Assembly (NCBI GenBank): GCA_963774265.1
Contig: CAVZDU010000001.1
Coordinates: 352,001 to 416,000 of the forward strand
Direction of reading: 5' to 3'
Length of the DNA: 64,000 nt
From: an uncultured Chloroflexia bacterium
Lineage (GTDB): Bacteria; Chloroflexota; Anaerolineae; CG2-30-64-16
The number at the start of each line of letters is the position of its first letter. Position 1 is the stretch's first letter. Position numbers and translations under genes: made by a program. Positions 38,261 through 48,618 of the stretch are shown here, in pieces. The notes beneath the pieces were generated by a model. That model did not search any database. It had not been told where the DNA came from and saw only the letters and a list, made by a program, of their open reading frames with translations.

Positions 38261-39386
38261 ATGTCAAGCCAAGTGATTCCGCAAGGTCTTCTACCCACCA
38301 ACCTCCCCGACCTCTTCTTCGAGGACAACGCGGTCGGACGGATGAAGAAGGAAGTCTGGGATGCCAGCGACGCCCAGATCGACGCCATCCTGGCCGAGTA
38401 CGGCGTGCCTTCCCCGGTGGAGTGGGGCAAGCCCGGCTCCTATATCCAGACGACAACGCGCTGGCAGGTGGAGGAAAACCGGAAGAAGAACGACATCGTC
38501 TTCATTCCGGTCGGCTGCACTGAGCTGCACGGCCAGCACCTGCCCAGCGCATCCGACACCCTCTACGTCAGCCAGATCTGCGAGGGCGTGCGGCGCTACA
38601 CCGCCAAGCGCGGCGCTGCCGTCAACCTGGCGCTGCCCCCGCTGAACTACGGCGCGCATCCGTACCACCACGTCGGCATGCCCGGCACCGTCATCGTGCG
38701 CGAGCACGTCGTGCGCGAGATGATGATCGACGTGATGCTCGGCCTGTGGAACGACGGCTTCCGCAAGCAGCTCATCGTCAACAACCACGGCCAGTTGTGG
38801 GTGCTGGAGTCGGCGGTGCAGGAGTTCCAGAAGCGCTACCAGCTTCCCGGCATCTTCCGGGTGATCGACTGGCACCGCGGCGTGCGCGAGTTCTTCCGCG
38901 CCACCGACCGGGGCGGCCGGCTGGACACCAACTTCGTCCACGCCGACGAATCGGAGACCTCGCTGGGCCTGCTGCTGCACCCCGACATGGTGGACATGAA
39001 GTACGCCGTCGACACCGAGGGCAAGAGCTATCTGCCCGACGGCCACTTCGACAAGTCGGTGGATCCCTTCGGCCGGCCGTCCCGCTGGTCGGAAGGCGAA
39101 GGCCACTTCGCCATCGAGATCGCGGCCACGCCGGAGGGTGTGGTGGGCAAGTCCACGCACGGCGCGGCCGAGAAGGCCAAGCGTCCCGATGGCGGCCATC
39201 CTGAAGTACCTGACGCTGTGGAACGACCACGTGCTCGAGGCCTTCCCGCCGGGCAAGGTGCCGCCGGTGGAGGAAGTCACGTTGCGCACCGAGCGGGACA
39301 TGGAGCCCTACCTGCGCGAGCCGCTGAGCGAGGGCTGGAAGCCGGTCTACGCGCTGCCGCGGATCGGGCAGGGGACAGAGGTCTGA
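38261..39386 (+). CDS. iolN: 3-dehydro-scyllo-inosose hydrolase (creatininase family), frameshift near 39185
   Basis: IPVGCTELHG, YGAHPYHHVGMPGT, WNDGFRKQ..NNHGQ, FVHADESETS, LPDGHFDK, PEGVVGK and EPLSEGW match Thermotoga IolN as recalled. Confidence 0.85.
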
Positions 39387-39415
39387 ACTCAGTCCAAGGT
39401 GGAACTTGCAGGCAT

Positions 39416-39444
39416 ACCTCCAAGGTCTCGGAGACCTCGAAGGT
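39416..39444. repeat. Short palindromic REP-like element
   Basis: ACCTCCAAGGTCTCGGAGACCTCGAAGGT, an imperfect palindrome in the iolN-iolM spacer. Confidence 0.55.
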
Positions 39445-39505
39445 TTGTGTAGGCAGGTTCCATCTTGGAATCAATATAGGGCCGACTAGGCGAGGAGACA
39501 ACAGC

Positions 39506-40704
39506 ATGAAGGGCAAGATGCAGGGCGTGACCCTGGTTGCGGATTGGGCGCCCAAGCCGGGTTTCACACTCGGCGCGAAGGACATCGAAGGTCGCCAGAC
39601 CTATCTGGGCAGCCAGGTATGGAAGAACCCACGGATCGAGATGCGAGAGTACGACATCCCCATCACCGGGTCCGGAAGAAGTGCTGCTGGAGGTCAAGGC
39701 GTGCGGCATCTGCGGCTCGGATGTCCACATGGCCCAGGCGGAGCAGGACGGCTACATCTTCTACCCCGGGCTGACGGGCTTTCCCTGCATTCTCGGGCAC
39801 GAGTTCTCGGGCGTGGTCGTCGAAGCGGGCAAGAATGCGTTCGACAAGCGAACGAACAAGCCCTTCAAGGGCGGCGAGCCGGTCACGTCGGAGGAGATGC
39901 TGTGGTGTGCGCAATGCCGTCCGTGCGCCGACGGGCAGCCCAACCACTGCGAGCGGCTGGACGAAGTGGGCTTCAACGTCAACGGCGCGTATGCCAAGTA
40001 CATGGTGCTGCCGTCGCGCACGCTCTGGAGCCTGGAGCCGCTGAAGAAGGTCTACAAGGGCGACGACCTCTTCATCGCCGGCAGCCTGGTGGAACCCACC
40101 AGCGTGGCCTACAACGCCGTGATCGAGCGCGGCGGCGGCATCCGCCCGGGCGACCGCGTCGTCATCCTGGGCGGCGGGCCGATCGGCCTGGCGGCCTGCG
40201 CCATCCTCAAGCGAGCCGGAGCATCCCAGGTCATCATCTCCGAGCCGCAGGAAGAGCGCACCCGGCTGGCGCTGCAGATCGGCGCGGACTACGCCATCAA
40301 CCCGCTCAAGGAGGACTTCGCCGAGCGCGTGCTGGAGATCACCGAGGGCATGGGCGCCGATCTGTTCATGGAGGCCACCGGCCTGCCGACGGTGGTCTAT
40401 CCCGGCATCGAGCGCGTCATCTGGGAGGGCCGGACGCTGAACAGCCGCGTGGTGGTGACGGCCCGCGCCGAGGCCAAGATGCCGGTGACCGGCGAGGTGC
40501 TGCAGGTGCGCCGCGCCAGCATCATCGGCGCGCAGGGCCATTCGGGGCACGGCAACTTCCCGCGCGTGATCGAGTGCATGGCCACCGGCATGGACATGAC
40601 GCGCATCAGCACCAAGAAGATCACGCCTGGAGGAGGTGCCGGAGAACATCATCAAGCTGCAGACCGATCGCAGCGAGTGCAAGATCACGTACGTGGCAAG
40701 CTGA
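39506..40704 (+). CDS. iolM: scyllo-Inosose 3-dehydrogenase (Zn MDR), two frameshifts
   Basis: ADWAPKPGF..KDIEG..TYLGSQVWKNP, CGICGSDVHM, YPGLTGFP..GHEFSG, EEMLWC..C..C, GAQGHSGHG. Stop TGA at 40702-40704. Confidence 0.88.
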
Positions 40705-40901
40705 AAACCAGCAGTCTTGAGATGGCCCTGCGTCGCAGGTGTTCGCAGGGCCAGGTCGGGAGAGCGATGAAGATCCAGTTTCTCGGCACCGGCACCGGCC
40801 TGCCCAGCCGTGGTGGCTGGGCTGATGAACGAGGACGGGGAATGAATAGAGAGAGGCAAGAGATCGGAAACAGGATCGCCCAGGGCGGTCGCCCAGGGCG
40901 A

Positions 40902-41717
40902 ATGAGTGTCGTACTGTCCACGCAGCCGGCCCGTTTTGAGGCGGTGGCGTTCAAAGGGGATTTCGAGGCCAACCTGGCGCGCATCGCAGGATATGGTTAC
41001 GAGGGCGTCGAGCTGGCCGTACGCGAGCCGGCACTCCTGGACGCCGACGACGTGTGGGCGAAAGTGACCGCCGTCGGGCTGACGGTGCCGGCCATCGGCA
41101 CCGGACAGGCCTGGGGCGAGGAGGGGCTGTCCTTCACCGATCCCTCGGCCGAGGTGCGCGCCGCTGCGATCGCACGGGCCAAGAGCCACATTCCGTTGGC
41201 CGAGCACCTGGGCGCCACAATCATCATCGGCCTGCTCCGCGGCATCTTGCGGCCGGGAGTTGGTCGCGACCAGGCCATGGCCTGGCTGGTGGCCGCACTC
41301 GAGGAGTGCTGCGACGCGGCAAAGGGCGCAGGCGTACGCCTGGCCCTGGAGCCGATCAACCGCTACGAGACGACGCTCATCAACACGGTTGCCCAAGGCA
41401 TGGCGCTGCTCGAGGCCGTGGGCGCGACCAACCTGGGCCTGCTGCTGGACACCTTCCACATGAACATCGAAGAGCCGATCATCGAAAACAGCATCCAGCA
41501 AGCGGGCGACCACATCTTCCACTTTCATGTGGCAGACTCAAACCGCTGGCATCCGGGCGCGGGGCATCTGGACTTCGCAACGATGCTCACGTCGTTGTTC
41601 GGCACGGGCTACACCGGCTTCGTCAGCGGGGAGTTCTTGCCGATGCCGGATGCAGAAACGGCAGCGCTACGAGGGATTAAACATCTGCGCGGCCTGACAG
41701 AATCAGGCCATCCTTAG
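40902..41717 (+). CDS. iolO: 5-keto-L-gluconate epimerase
   Basis: [63 protein letters not shown]. Confidence 0.85.
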   Translation: MSVVLSTQPARFEAVAFKGDFEANLARIAGYGYEGVELAVREPALLDADDVWAKVTAVGLTVPAIGTGQAWGEEGLSFTDPSAEVRAAAIARAKSHIPLAEHLGATIIIGLLRGILRPGVGRDQAMAWLVAALEECCDAAKGAGVRLALEPINRYETTLINTVAQGMALLEAVGATNLGLLLDTFHMNIEEPIIENSIQQAGDHIFHFHVADSNRWHPGAGHLDFATMLTSLFGTGYTGFVSGEFLPMPDAETAALRGIKHLRGLTESGHP

Positions 41718-41740
41718 ACGTCACACCTTCAGGAGGGGCA

Positions 41741-42577
41741 GTGCTGCTTGGCTTTCACGGCGCTACCACGATGACCAGCGACCTGGAGACAGATGTCGCC
41801 GCGACCCGGCGGGCAGGGTTCACGGCATTGGAACTCTGGGCATCCAAGATCGACCGGTATCTGGCCACGCATTCTATCGCGGAACTGCGGGGCTTACTTG
41901 AGAGCAACGGCATCGCGCCGATGAGCATCAACTCGATCGAGTTCATCGCGTTTCGCAGCGATGACGAATATCGCGGGATCAAGGAGCGCTGCAAGCAGCT
42001 ATCCGAAATCTGCGAGCAGATCGGCTGTCCGGTCGTGGTGGTCGTTCCCAGCCCCACCCCCGATCGCAACGTGCCGTGGGATGATGTGGTGGCGGAGTAC
42101 GTGAAGGTGCTTCGGGAGTTGGCGGATATCGCTGCGCCGCATGGTGTGGGGCTTTCCTTCGAGTTCCTGGGCTTCGGTTGGTGCACGGTTCGGACGCCGC
42201 GCGCCGCGTGGGAAATAGTCAAGAAGACCGGCCGCGCCAACGTCGGCATCACGGTCGACTGCGCTCATTTTTATGGAGGCGGCGGCCTGATGACAGAGCT
42301 CGACGATCTCGACCCCTCCCGCATCTTCGTGTTCCATCTCGACGACCTCGAAGACACACCGAAAGAGGCGATCAGCGATGCCACCCGCCTGCTGCCAGGC
42401 CTGGGCGTCATCCCGCTCGACGAAATTTGCCGGCACATGAAGGCCAATGGCTACGATGGGGCCTGCTCCATCGAACTGTTCCGCCCCGAGTATTGGGAGT
42501 GGAATGCAACCGACCTCGCCGTGAAGGCGCGAGAGGCGGCCCTGCAGGTGCTATCACCGCACTTCGCCGTGGAGTAA
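41741..42577 (+). CDS. iolI: Inosose isomerase (IolI-like TIM barrel)
   Basis: [52 protein letters not shown]. Confidence 0.78.
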   Translation: MLLGFHGATTMTSDLETDVAATRRAGFTALELWASKIDRYLATHSIAELRGLLESNGIAPMSINSIEFIAFRSDDEYRGIKERCKQLSEICEQIGCPVVVVVPSPTPDRNVPWDDVVAEYVKVLRELADIAAPHGVGLSFEFLGFGWCTVRTPRAAWEIVKKTGRANVGITVDCAHFYGGGGLMTELDDLDPSRIFVFHLDDLEDTPKEAISDATRLLPGLGVIPLDEICRHMKANGYDGACSIELFRPEYWEWNATDLAVKAREAALQVLSPHFAVE

Positions 42578-42637
42578 CCGGGGTCTGGCCATGAAGCAAG
42601 CCCCACCTCGCGGTGGGGCCCGGCGTGAGATCTCCTT

Positions 42638-44350
42638 CTAGTCCACCCAAAGCGGCACGAACTTAAACTCGTCCACATCCACCAACCCCTGATCGGTCAG
42701 CTTCAAGTGGGGAATGACCTCCAGCGCGAGAAAACTGAGCGCCATAAACGGATCGTGCAGGCCGGAGCCCAGGCCGTGCGCCGCAGCGATGACCTCATCG
42801 AGTTGCCGGCGCACATCGGCGATCGGCTTGTTCGACATCAGACCCGCGACCGGCAGCGGCAGGCGGGCGAGGATGCGCACCCCATCGGCCACCGCTAACC
42901 CACCGCCCATATCGGCCAGCGCGCCTGCGGCCGTTGTCAGGGAGACATTGTCGACGCCCGCAACAATCAGGTTGTGATGATCGTGGGCGATCGTGGATGC
43001 GATCGCACCCCGGCGGATCCCCAGGCCCTGCACAAATCCTTTGCCCATCTGTCCGCTCGCCATGTGCCGCTCGATGACTGCCATCTTGGCGATATCTTGC
43101 TCATAATCAGGGGTGGCGACCCCGGATTGCGAGGGAATTTCGAGCACGCGCTTGTCGGTGATCAGCTCGTCTGGGCGCACACCGATCACATTCGCCCGCC
43201 GGCCCTCCGCGGGGATCGTGAAGTTGACTGTGTGCCAATTGATGTTCATGGAGCCGCGCAGGTAGGAAGGCCGCTCCGGCACATCGAGCGGCACGATCCT
43301 GCCTTCTTCAGCGGCGATCTGCCCGCCGCGAATCACCAGCCGGACGTTGAACTCCTGCGGATCATCAAACACGATCATGTCCGCGCGGTTGCCCGGGCGA
43401 ATCCCGCCCCGATCGTACATCCGGAACCACTCGGCTGTGTTCAATGTAGCCATGCGGATGGCTGTGACCAGATCGACGCCGGACCGGATTGCGGTGCGGA
43501 CGAGGTAATCGACGCTGCCCTGATCGAGCAAATCTCCAGGATGCCGATCGTCGGTACAGAAACAAATGCGGCGCACATTATCGGGGGTGAGCATGGGCAG
43601 GAGTGGGCCCAGGTTGTGGGCATTGGTGGCTTCACGAACGAGAATGTACATGCCGAGGCGCAGCTTCTCCAGTGCCTCTTCCACGGAAGTGCATTCGTGG
43701 TCCGACCCGATCCCGGCGGCCACGTAGGCATTGAGCGCCTTGCCGGTCAGCCCGGGCGCATGCCCGTCCAGTACACGCGTCCTGAAGGCGTCCAACTTCT
43801 CCAGAGTGTCGTGGTCTTCGTTGACCACGCCGTGGTAGTTCATCATCTCGGCCAGGCCTAACACCCACGGATCGCTCTGCAGGGATGCGATATCTTTTGC
43901 CTCGAGGTATGCGCCGGCCGTCGCCATATGGGTGGAAGGAACGCAGGATGGCACCATCACATACATGCTCAACCGGCCGTACTTGGCCTGGTCGAACATG
44001 TAGCGGATACCGTCCAGGCCGAGGACATTAGTGATCTCATGCGGATCAGCCACCACAGCCGTGACTCCGCGCGGTACAACAGCCGCCGCAAACTGTCGCA
44101 CCCCAACCATCGCGCTTTCGATATGGACGTGTGCATCGATGAGACCAGGGGCCAGGTAGGCGCCCTTCAGATCGATCTCGCTCGCCCCCGTGTAACCGCT
44201 GCCGATCCCCGCAATGCGAGCATTATGAATCGCGACATCTGCCGGGTAGATTTCACTGGAATAAACGTTAACGAGCTTCGCGTTGCGCAGGACGAGGTCC
44301 GCCGGCGCATCACCGCGGGCCACGCGTATCAAGTTGTTGAGTTCCGCCAT
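42638..44350 (-). CDS. ade: Adenine deaminase
   Basis: PGLIDAHVHIES, ADPHEI, PSCVP, LAEMMNY, DGHAP, DHEC, TDDRHP, STIAHDHHN, FLALEVIP. Confidence 0.95.
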   Translation of the reverse strand: MAELNNLIRVARGDAPADLVLRNAKLVNVYSSEIYPADVAIHNARIAGIGSGYTGASEIDLKGAYLAPGLIDAHVHIESAMVGVRQFAAAVVPRGVTAVVADPHEITNVLGLDGIRYMFDQAKYGRLSMYVMVPSCVPSTHMATAGAYLEAKDIASLQSDPWVLGLAEMMNYHGVVNEDHDTLEKLDAFRTRVLDGHAPGLTGKALNAYVAAGIGSDHECTSVEEALEKLRLGMYILVREATNAHNLGPLLPMLTPDNVRRICFCTDDRHPGDLLDQGSVDYLVRTAIRSGVDLVTAIRMATLNTAEWFRMYDRGGIRPGNRADMIVFDDPQEFNVRLVIRGGQIAAEEGRIVPLDVPERPSYLRGSMNINWHTVNFTIPAEGRRANVIGVRPDELITDKRVLEIPSQSGVATPDYEQDIAKMAVIERHMASGQMGKGFVQGLGIRRGAIASTIAHDHHNLIVAGVDNVSLTTAAGALADMGGGLAVADGVRILARLPLPVAGLMSNKPIADVRRQLDEVIAAAHGLGSGLHDPFMALSFLALEVIPHLKLTDQGLVDVDEFKFVPLWVD

Positions 44351-44433
44351 TGGAGCCCTCCTTAGATGACATGCCACTTGCCTGCGGGCAGGTGAATAGA
44401 GGTTGCGCGATTATACCACAACCAAAACCCGCA

Positions 44434-44455
44434 CGTGCGACATGACGCGAGTCAT
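44434..44455. promoter_or_regulatory. 22-bp motif CGTGCGACATGACGCGAGTCAT (copy 1)
   Basis: 20/22 identical to 54663-54684. Core ATGAC-N4-GTCAT. Confidence 0.55.
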
Positions 44456-44575
44456 TTGCGCGACGGGCGGGGTCACGTTACAATCATTTCGCGCGACAGG
44501 GGCGTCGCGTACCTCGTGCACGTGATCCGCCCTTTTGCCGCAGTCAATTACCTACACTCTGAAGGAGGAGTCTCA

Positions 44576-45865
44576 ATGCGCAAGCAGCTCTGGGGCGTTC
44601 TCGCCCTGCTCATGGTGATCTCGATGATCGCCACATCCTGCGCCACTCCGGCCGCCCCGCCAGCCCCGGCGGCGGCCCCCACCACTGCTCCCGCTGCGGA
44701 GCAACCCAAGCCCGCCGAACCGACCGCTGCGCCTGCACAGGCGGCCGAACAACCCGCCCTGCAGATCCCTGAAGTCGTCGCAGGCAAATTCAACATCGGG
44801 ATGGTCTTGATCGGCCCCCACGATGATGGCGGCTGGAGCCAGGCGCACTATGAGGGCCTGGAATACATCGCCAAGAACATGCCCGACGCGCACATCGCCT
44901 ACGTGGAGAACGTGCCCGAGGGCACCGACTCAGAACAGGCCTTCCGCAGCCTGGCCCGCAAGGGCTTCAAACTCATCTTCGGCACGTCGTTCGGCTTCGG
45001 CGACCCGATGGAGATCGTAGCCGGCGAATTCCCCGATGCCATGTTCATCCATCTGACCGGGTACAAGTCCAATCAGACCAACTTCGGCAACCTGATGGGC
45101 GCTATGGAAAACATGAAGTACCTGGCGGGTATGCTGGCCGGCGCGCGCGCCAAGATGGACGGCAATCCGAAACTGGGCTACATGGCCACTTTCCCCATCC
45201 CGGAGGAGCTCCGCCTGGGCAATGCGTTCATGTTGGGCGCCAAGAAGACTTGCCCCGAGTGCACCATGGACGTGCGCTGGCTGAACACGTGGCATGACCC
45301 CATCATCGAGAAAGAATCCGCAGCCTCGCTGTTCGATGCGGGTGCACAGGTCGTCCTGACTGGCGCGGACACGCCGGCGGTCGCAGATGTCGCGACAGCC
45401 AAGGGCAAGTGGGGCATCACCTATGACTGGTACGGCTCCTGCAAAGCTGAGCGCTGCCTCACTGCGCCGTACTGGAACTGGGGTCCCATCTATCTGAACA
45501 TCGCCAAGCAGGTGCAAGCCGGCACGTACAAGGCGGGTTGGGAGTACTTCGACTCGGACTCCGGCGCCTTGGGTATCTACGGCTTCATGGAGGGCGAGCA
45601 GCCCACGAAGGGCGCGGCCGAGCTGCCGGCCGAGGTGCTGCAGATGGTGAAGGACACCCTGGCCAAGATGCAGAAGGGCGAATTCACCCGCTTCGACGTC
45701 TTCACCGGCCCGATCAAGGATAACCAGGGCAACACCGTGGTGCCGGCCGGCGAGAAGATGGTGCAGGCGGACCTGGACCAGTTCCCGCCCGGCGCGGAAG
45801 GCCTGGCGTGCAAGTACTGCATGAAGTGGTGGGCCGAGGGCGTCACCGCTGAACCGCCCAAGTAA
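44576..45865 (+). CDS. BMP-family ABC substrate-binding lipoprotein (nucleoside/purine)
   Basis: Lipobox ATSC, PAT linker, GPHDDGGWSQAH, ENVPEG, IFGTSFGF, YLAGMLAG, WNWGPIY. Confidence 0.9.
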   Translation: MRKQLWGVLALLMVISMIATSCATPAAPPAPAAAPTTAPAAEQPKPAEPTAAPAQAAEQPALQIPEVVAGKFNIGMVLIGPHDDGGWSQAHYEGLEYIAKNMPDAHIAYVENVPEGTDSEQAFRSLARKGFKLIFGTSFGFGDPMEIVAGEFPDAMFIHLTGYKSNQTNFGNLMGAMENMKYLAGMLAGARAKMDGNPKLGYMATFPIPEELRLGNAFMLGAKKTCPECTMDVRWLNTWHDPIIEKESAASLFDAGAQVVLTGADTPAVADVATAKGKWGITYDWYGSCKAERCLTAPYWNWGPIYLNIAKQVQAGTYKAGWEYFDSDSGALGIYGFMEGEQPTKGAAELPAEVLQMVKDTLAKMQKGEFTRFDVFTGPIKDNQGNTVVPAGEKMVQADLDQFPPGAEGLACKYCMKWWAEGVTAEPPK

Positions 45866-45882
45866 ACGGCGGGATAGGGATC

Positions 45883-45916
45883 AACGGGTGACAGGTGCGT
45901 TCCTGTCACCCGTTTT
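45883..45916 (+). terminator. Hairpin with U-tract after the BMP gene
   Basis: AACGGGTGACAGG-TGCGTT-CCTGTCACCCGTTTT. Confidence 0.75.
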
Positions 45917-45954
45917 GGTTATCAGCCAGGCATCGTGCCAACAGGAGAAGCTGC

Positions 45955-47505
45955 ATGCCCGAACTCGTCAATGCTGTCGACATGCGCGGGATTGTCAAGC
46001 GCTTCCCAGGGGTGCTTGCCAACGATCATGTCGACTTTGATCTGCGCCAAGGCGAAGTGCATGCGTTGCTCGGTGAAAACGGCGCCGGCAAAAGCACTTT
46101 GATGAATGTCCTGGCCGGACTATACAAGCCTGAAGAAGGCACGATATCCGTTGAAGGCAAACGGGTCAGTTTCGGCTCCCCGCGTGACGCCATCGCCGCC
46201 GGCCTGGGGATGGTACACCAACACTTCATGTTGGTTCCCTCCCAGACCGTCACCGAGAACATCATTTTGGGCTTAGATACGCCTCGCTTTGTTCTCAACC
46301 TCGCGGAACTGGATAAGCGCATCGTGGCCTTGCAGGAGCAATACGGCCTGAAGGTGGATCCCAAGGCTAAGATATGGCAACTCAGCGTCGGTGAACAACA
46401 ACGGGTTGAAATCCTAAAAATGCTGTACCGCGGTGCACGCGTCCTCATTTTGGACGAACCGACCGCAGTGCTGACGCCGCAGGAAATCAAGGAACTTATC
46501 GCCACCCTTAAGGGTATGGTCGCCAACGGACACTCCATCGTCTTTATCAGCCACAAGCTGGATGAGGTGCTGGCGATCGCCAACCGCGTGACGGTGCTCC
46601 GCCAGGGTCGCGTGACGGCCGCGGGTGTCAGCGCCGTTGGGGTCAGCAAGCGTCAATTGGCCGAACTGATGGTGGGACGCGAAGTTGTCTTCACCGTCCA
46701 AAAACCGGCGGCCGTCCCCGGCTCCGTCATGCTGGACCTGCAAGATATCTGCGCCGAGAACGACCGCGGCTTGCAGGCGCTCAAAGGCCTCTCGCTGCAG
46801 GTGCGCGCGGGCGAAATCGTGGGCATGGCAGGAGTGGCAGGCAACGGTCAAAGCGAACTTGCCCAGGCGATCACCGGCCTGCGCAAGTGCACCGGAGGCC
46901 ACGTGTTGATCAATGGCGAAGACATCGTCAACCGCTCGCCGCGCGAGGCCATCAACCGCCAGGTCGCATACGTGCCGGGAGACCGCACCGGTGTGGGCAG
47001 CGCGCCCAGCCTGAGCCTGGCTGAAAACCTGATCATGAAGAACTATCGGGACGCGCCGGTGAGCACGGGTTGGGTCTTGAACCGGCTGGTGATCCGCGAG
47101 CAAGCGACTGAATTGAAAGCGACCTACGACATCGCTGCGCCCAACATCGACGTGCAGGTCCGCCTGCTTTCCGGTGGAAATCTGCAAAAAGCGATCCTGG
47201 CACGCGAGATGTCGGCGCACCCGAAGATCATCGTGGCGGTCCAGCCGACGCGCGGCCTGGATGTGGGCGCCATCGAGGCGGTGCAGCGGGTCCTGCTTGC
47301 GGAACGCGCTCGCGGCACGGCTATCTTGCTCTTCTCAGAGGAGCTCGAAGAGGTCATGTCCCTGTCCGATCGCATCGCTGTGATCTACGAAGGGCAGATC
47401 ATGGGCGAGGTAAAGCCGGAAGAGACAACCCTGGAGCAGATCGGTCTGATGATGGCAGGACAACGTCTGGAGACAATCAGGGGGGAAGCCGATGACCACC
47501 CATAA
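45955..47505 (+). CDS. Nucleoside ABC ATPase (NupA/YufO type, two NBDs)
   Basis: KRFPGVLAND, GENGAGKST, LSVGEQQRVEI, DEPTAVL, GVAGNGQ, LSGGNLQK, QPTRGLD. Confidence 0.92.
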   Translation: MPELVNAVDMRGIVKRFPGVLANDHVDFDLRQGEVHALLGENGAGKSTLMNVLAGLYKPEEGTISVEGKRVSFGSPRDAIAAGLGMVHQHFMLVPSQTVTENIILGLDTPRFVLNLAELDKRIVALQEQYGLKVDPKAKIWQLSVGEQQRVEILKMLYRGARVLILDEPTAVLTPQEIKELIATLKGMVANGHSIVFISHKLDEVLAIANRVTVLRQGRVTAAGVSAVGVSKRQLAELMVGREVVFTVQKPAAVPGSVMLDLQDICAENDRGLQALKGLSLQVRAGEIVGMAGVAGNGQSELAQAITGLRKCTGGHVLINGEDIVNRSPREAINRQVAYVPGDRTGVGSAPSLSLAENLIMKNYRDAPVSTGWVLNRLVIREQATELKATYDIAAPNIDVQVRLLSGGNLQKAILAREMSAHPKIIVAVQPTRGLDVGAIEAVQRVLLAERARGTAILLFSEELEEVMSLSDRIAVIYEGQIMGEVKPEETTLEQIGLMMAGQRLETIRGEADDHP

Positions 47506-48607
47506 TGCAGCCGCCAAGGGTTTCCAGTTCCCCTTCTCGTTGCGCATGGAGCGGCGCCTCGGGATGCCGAAATGGTTGCCTGCCGCTACATCTATCGGCG
47601 CCGTCATTGTGGCTCTGATTATCGGCGGGGTCGTGATCCAGTTGGGCGGCGGACATCCGCTCAAAGCGTACCAACACATCCTCAAGGCTGCGTTCGGCAG
47701 TGTGGGCGTTTTCAATGACACGCTGGTAAAGGCCACGCCACTGATCCTGGTGGGGCTGGCGTGTGCGCTCACTTTCCGCATGCGGCTGTGGAACATCGGC
47801 GCGGAAGGCCAGTTCTACATGGGCGCCTGGGGCGCGAGCGCGGTCGTGCTGTTCCCCCTTCTCCCGGCCACTACATCGAGGCCGCTCATGCTGTTGGCAA
47901 TGGCGGTGGCGGGCTTTCTTTGCGGCGCGCTGTGGGGCTTCATCCCCGGCTATCTGAAGGCCAAGCTCAATGTCAATGAAGTCGTCACCACACTGATGAT
48001 GAACTACATTGCCACCTCCTGGGTGCTCTTCTGGGTGTTTGGAGCATGGAGCGAGGGCGGCTTTCAGATGTCCCGCATGTTCCCCAAGACTGCCTGGCTG
48101 CCCCGGCTGGCAGACTACGCCAAACAAGTGCCGTTCTTCAGCGGCCTGACGTTGCACGGCGGCATCTTGATCGGCCTCGTGGCGACAGGGGTGGTCTGGT
48201 TTATCGTCTATCGCAGCAAATGGGGCTACGAGATCCGGTTGATCGGCGACAATCCCCGCGCGGCAAACTATGCCGGCATCGACATCGTGCGCAACACCGT
48301 GCTGGTGATGATGCTCTCCGGCGGCCTGGCGGGCCTGGCGGGCATGTCGGAGATTTCGGGCGTGGTGCACCGCTTACAGAGCGCGATTTCGCCTGGCTAC
48401 GGGTTCACGGGCATCATCGTGGCCTGGTTGGCGAAGCTGAACCCAATTGTAGTGGTCCTGGTCTCCATCTTGTTTGGCGGCCTGATCCTGGCCGGCCGGG
48501 AAATCCAACCGTCCGGCGTCCCGCGCATGTTGCAAGGAATCATCCTGTTCTGCGTGATTGCCAGCGACGTGCTGCTCAGGTATCGAGTCCGGCTCGTGCG
48601 CCGCTAA
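47492..48607 (+). CDS. Nucleoside ABC permease 1
   Basis: KATPLIL, WNIGAEGQ, NEVVTTLM, GYGFTGIIVAWL. Confidence 0.9.
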   Translation: MTTHNAAAKGFQFPFSLRMERRLGMPKWLPAATSIGAVIVALIIGGVVIQLGGGHPLKAYQHILKAAFGSVGVFNDTLVKATPLILVGLACALTFRMRLWNIGAEGQFYMGAWGASAVVLFPLLPATTSRPLMLLAMAVAGFLCGALWGFIPGYLKAKLNVNEVVTTLMMNYIATSWVLFWVFGAWSEGGFQMSRMFPKTAWLPRLADYAKQVPFFSGLTLHGGILIGLVATGVVWFIVYRSKWGYEIRLIGDNPRAANYAGIDIVRNTVLVMMLSGGLAGLAGMSEISGVVHRLQSAISPGYGFTGIIVAWLAKLNPIVVVLVSILFGGLILAGREIQPSGVPRMLQGIILFCVIASDVLLRYRVRLVRR

Positions 48608-48618
48608 GGAGGTTAGCC

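Noticed and set aside
38261-41717. Apparent 819-aa IolN fusion and 726-aa IolM-IolO fusion in the ORF track
   Set aside because: Both arise from indels at ~39185, ~39665 and ~40627. Corrected frames give separate genes with their own stops (39386, 40704).
44351-44575. Purine riboswitch between ade and the BMP operon
   Set aside because: I could not find the conserved purine-aptamer core on either strand by eye. An Infernal search would be decisive.
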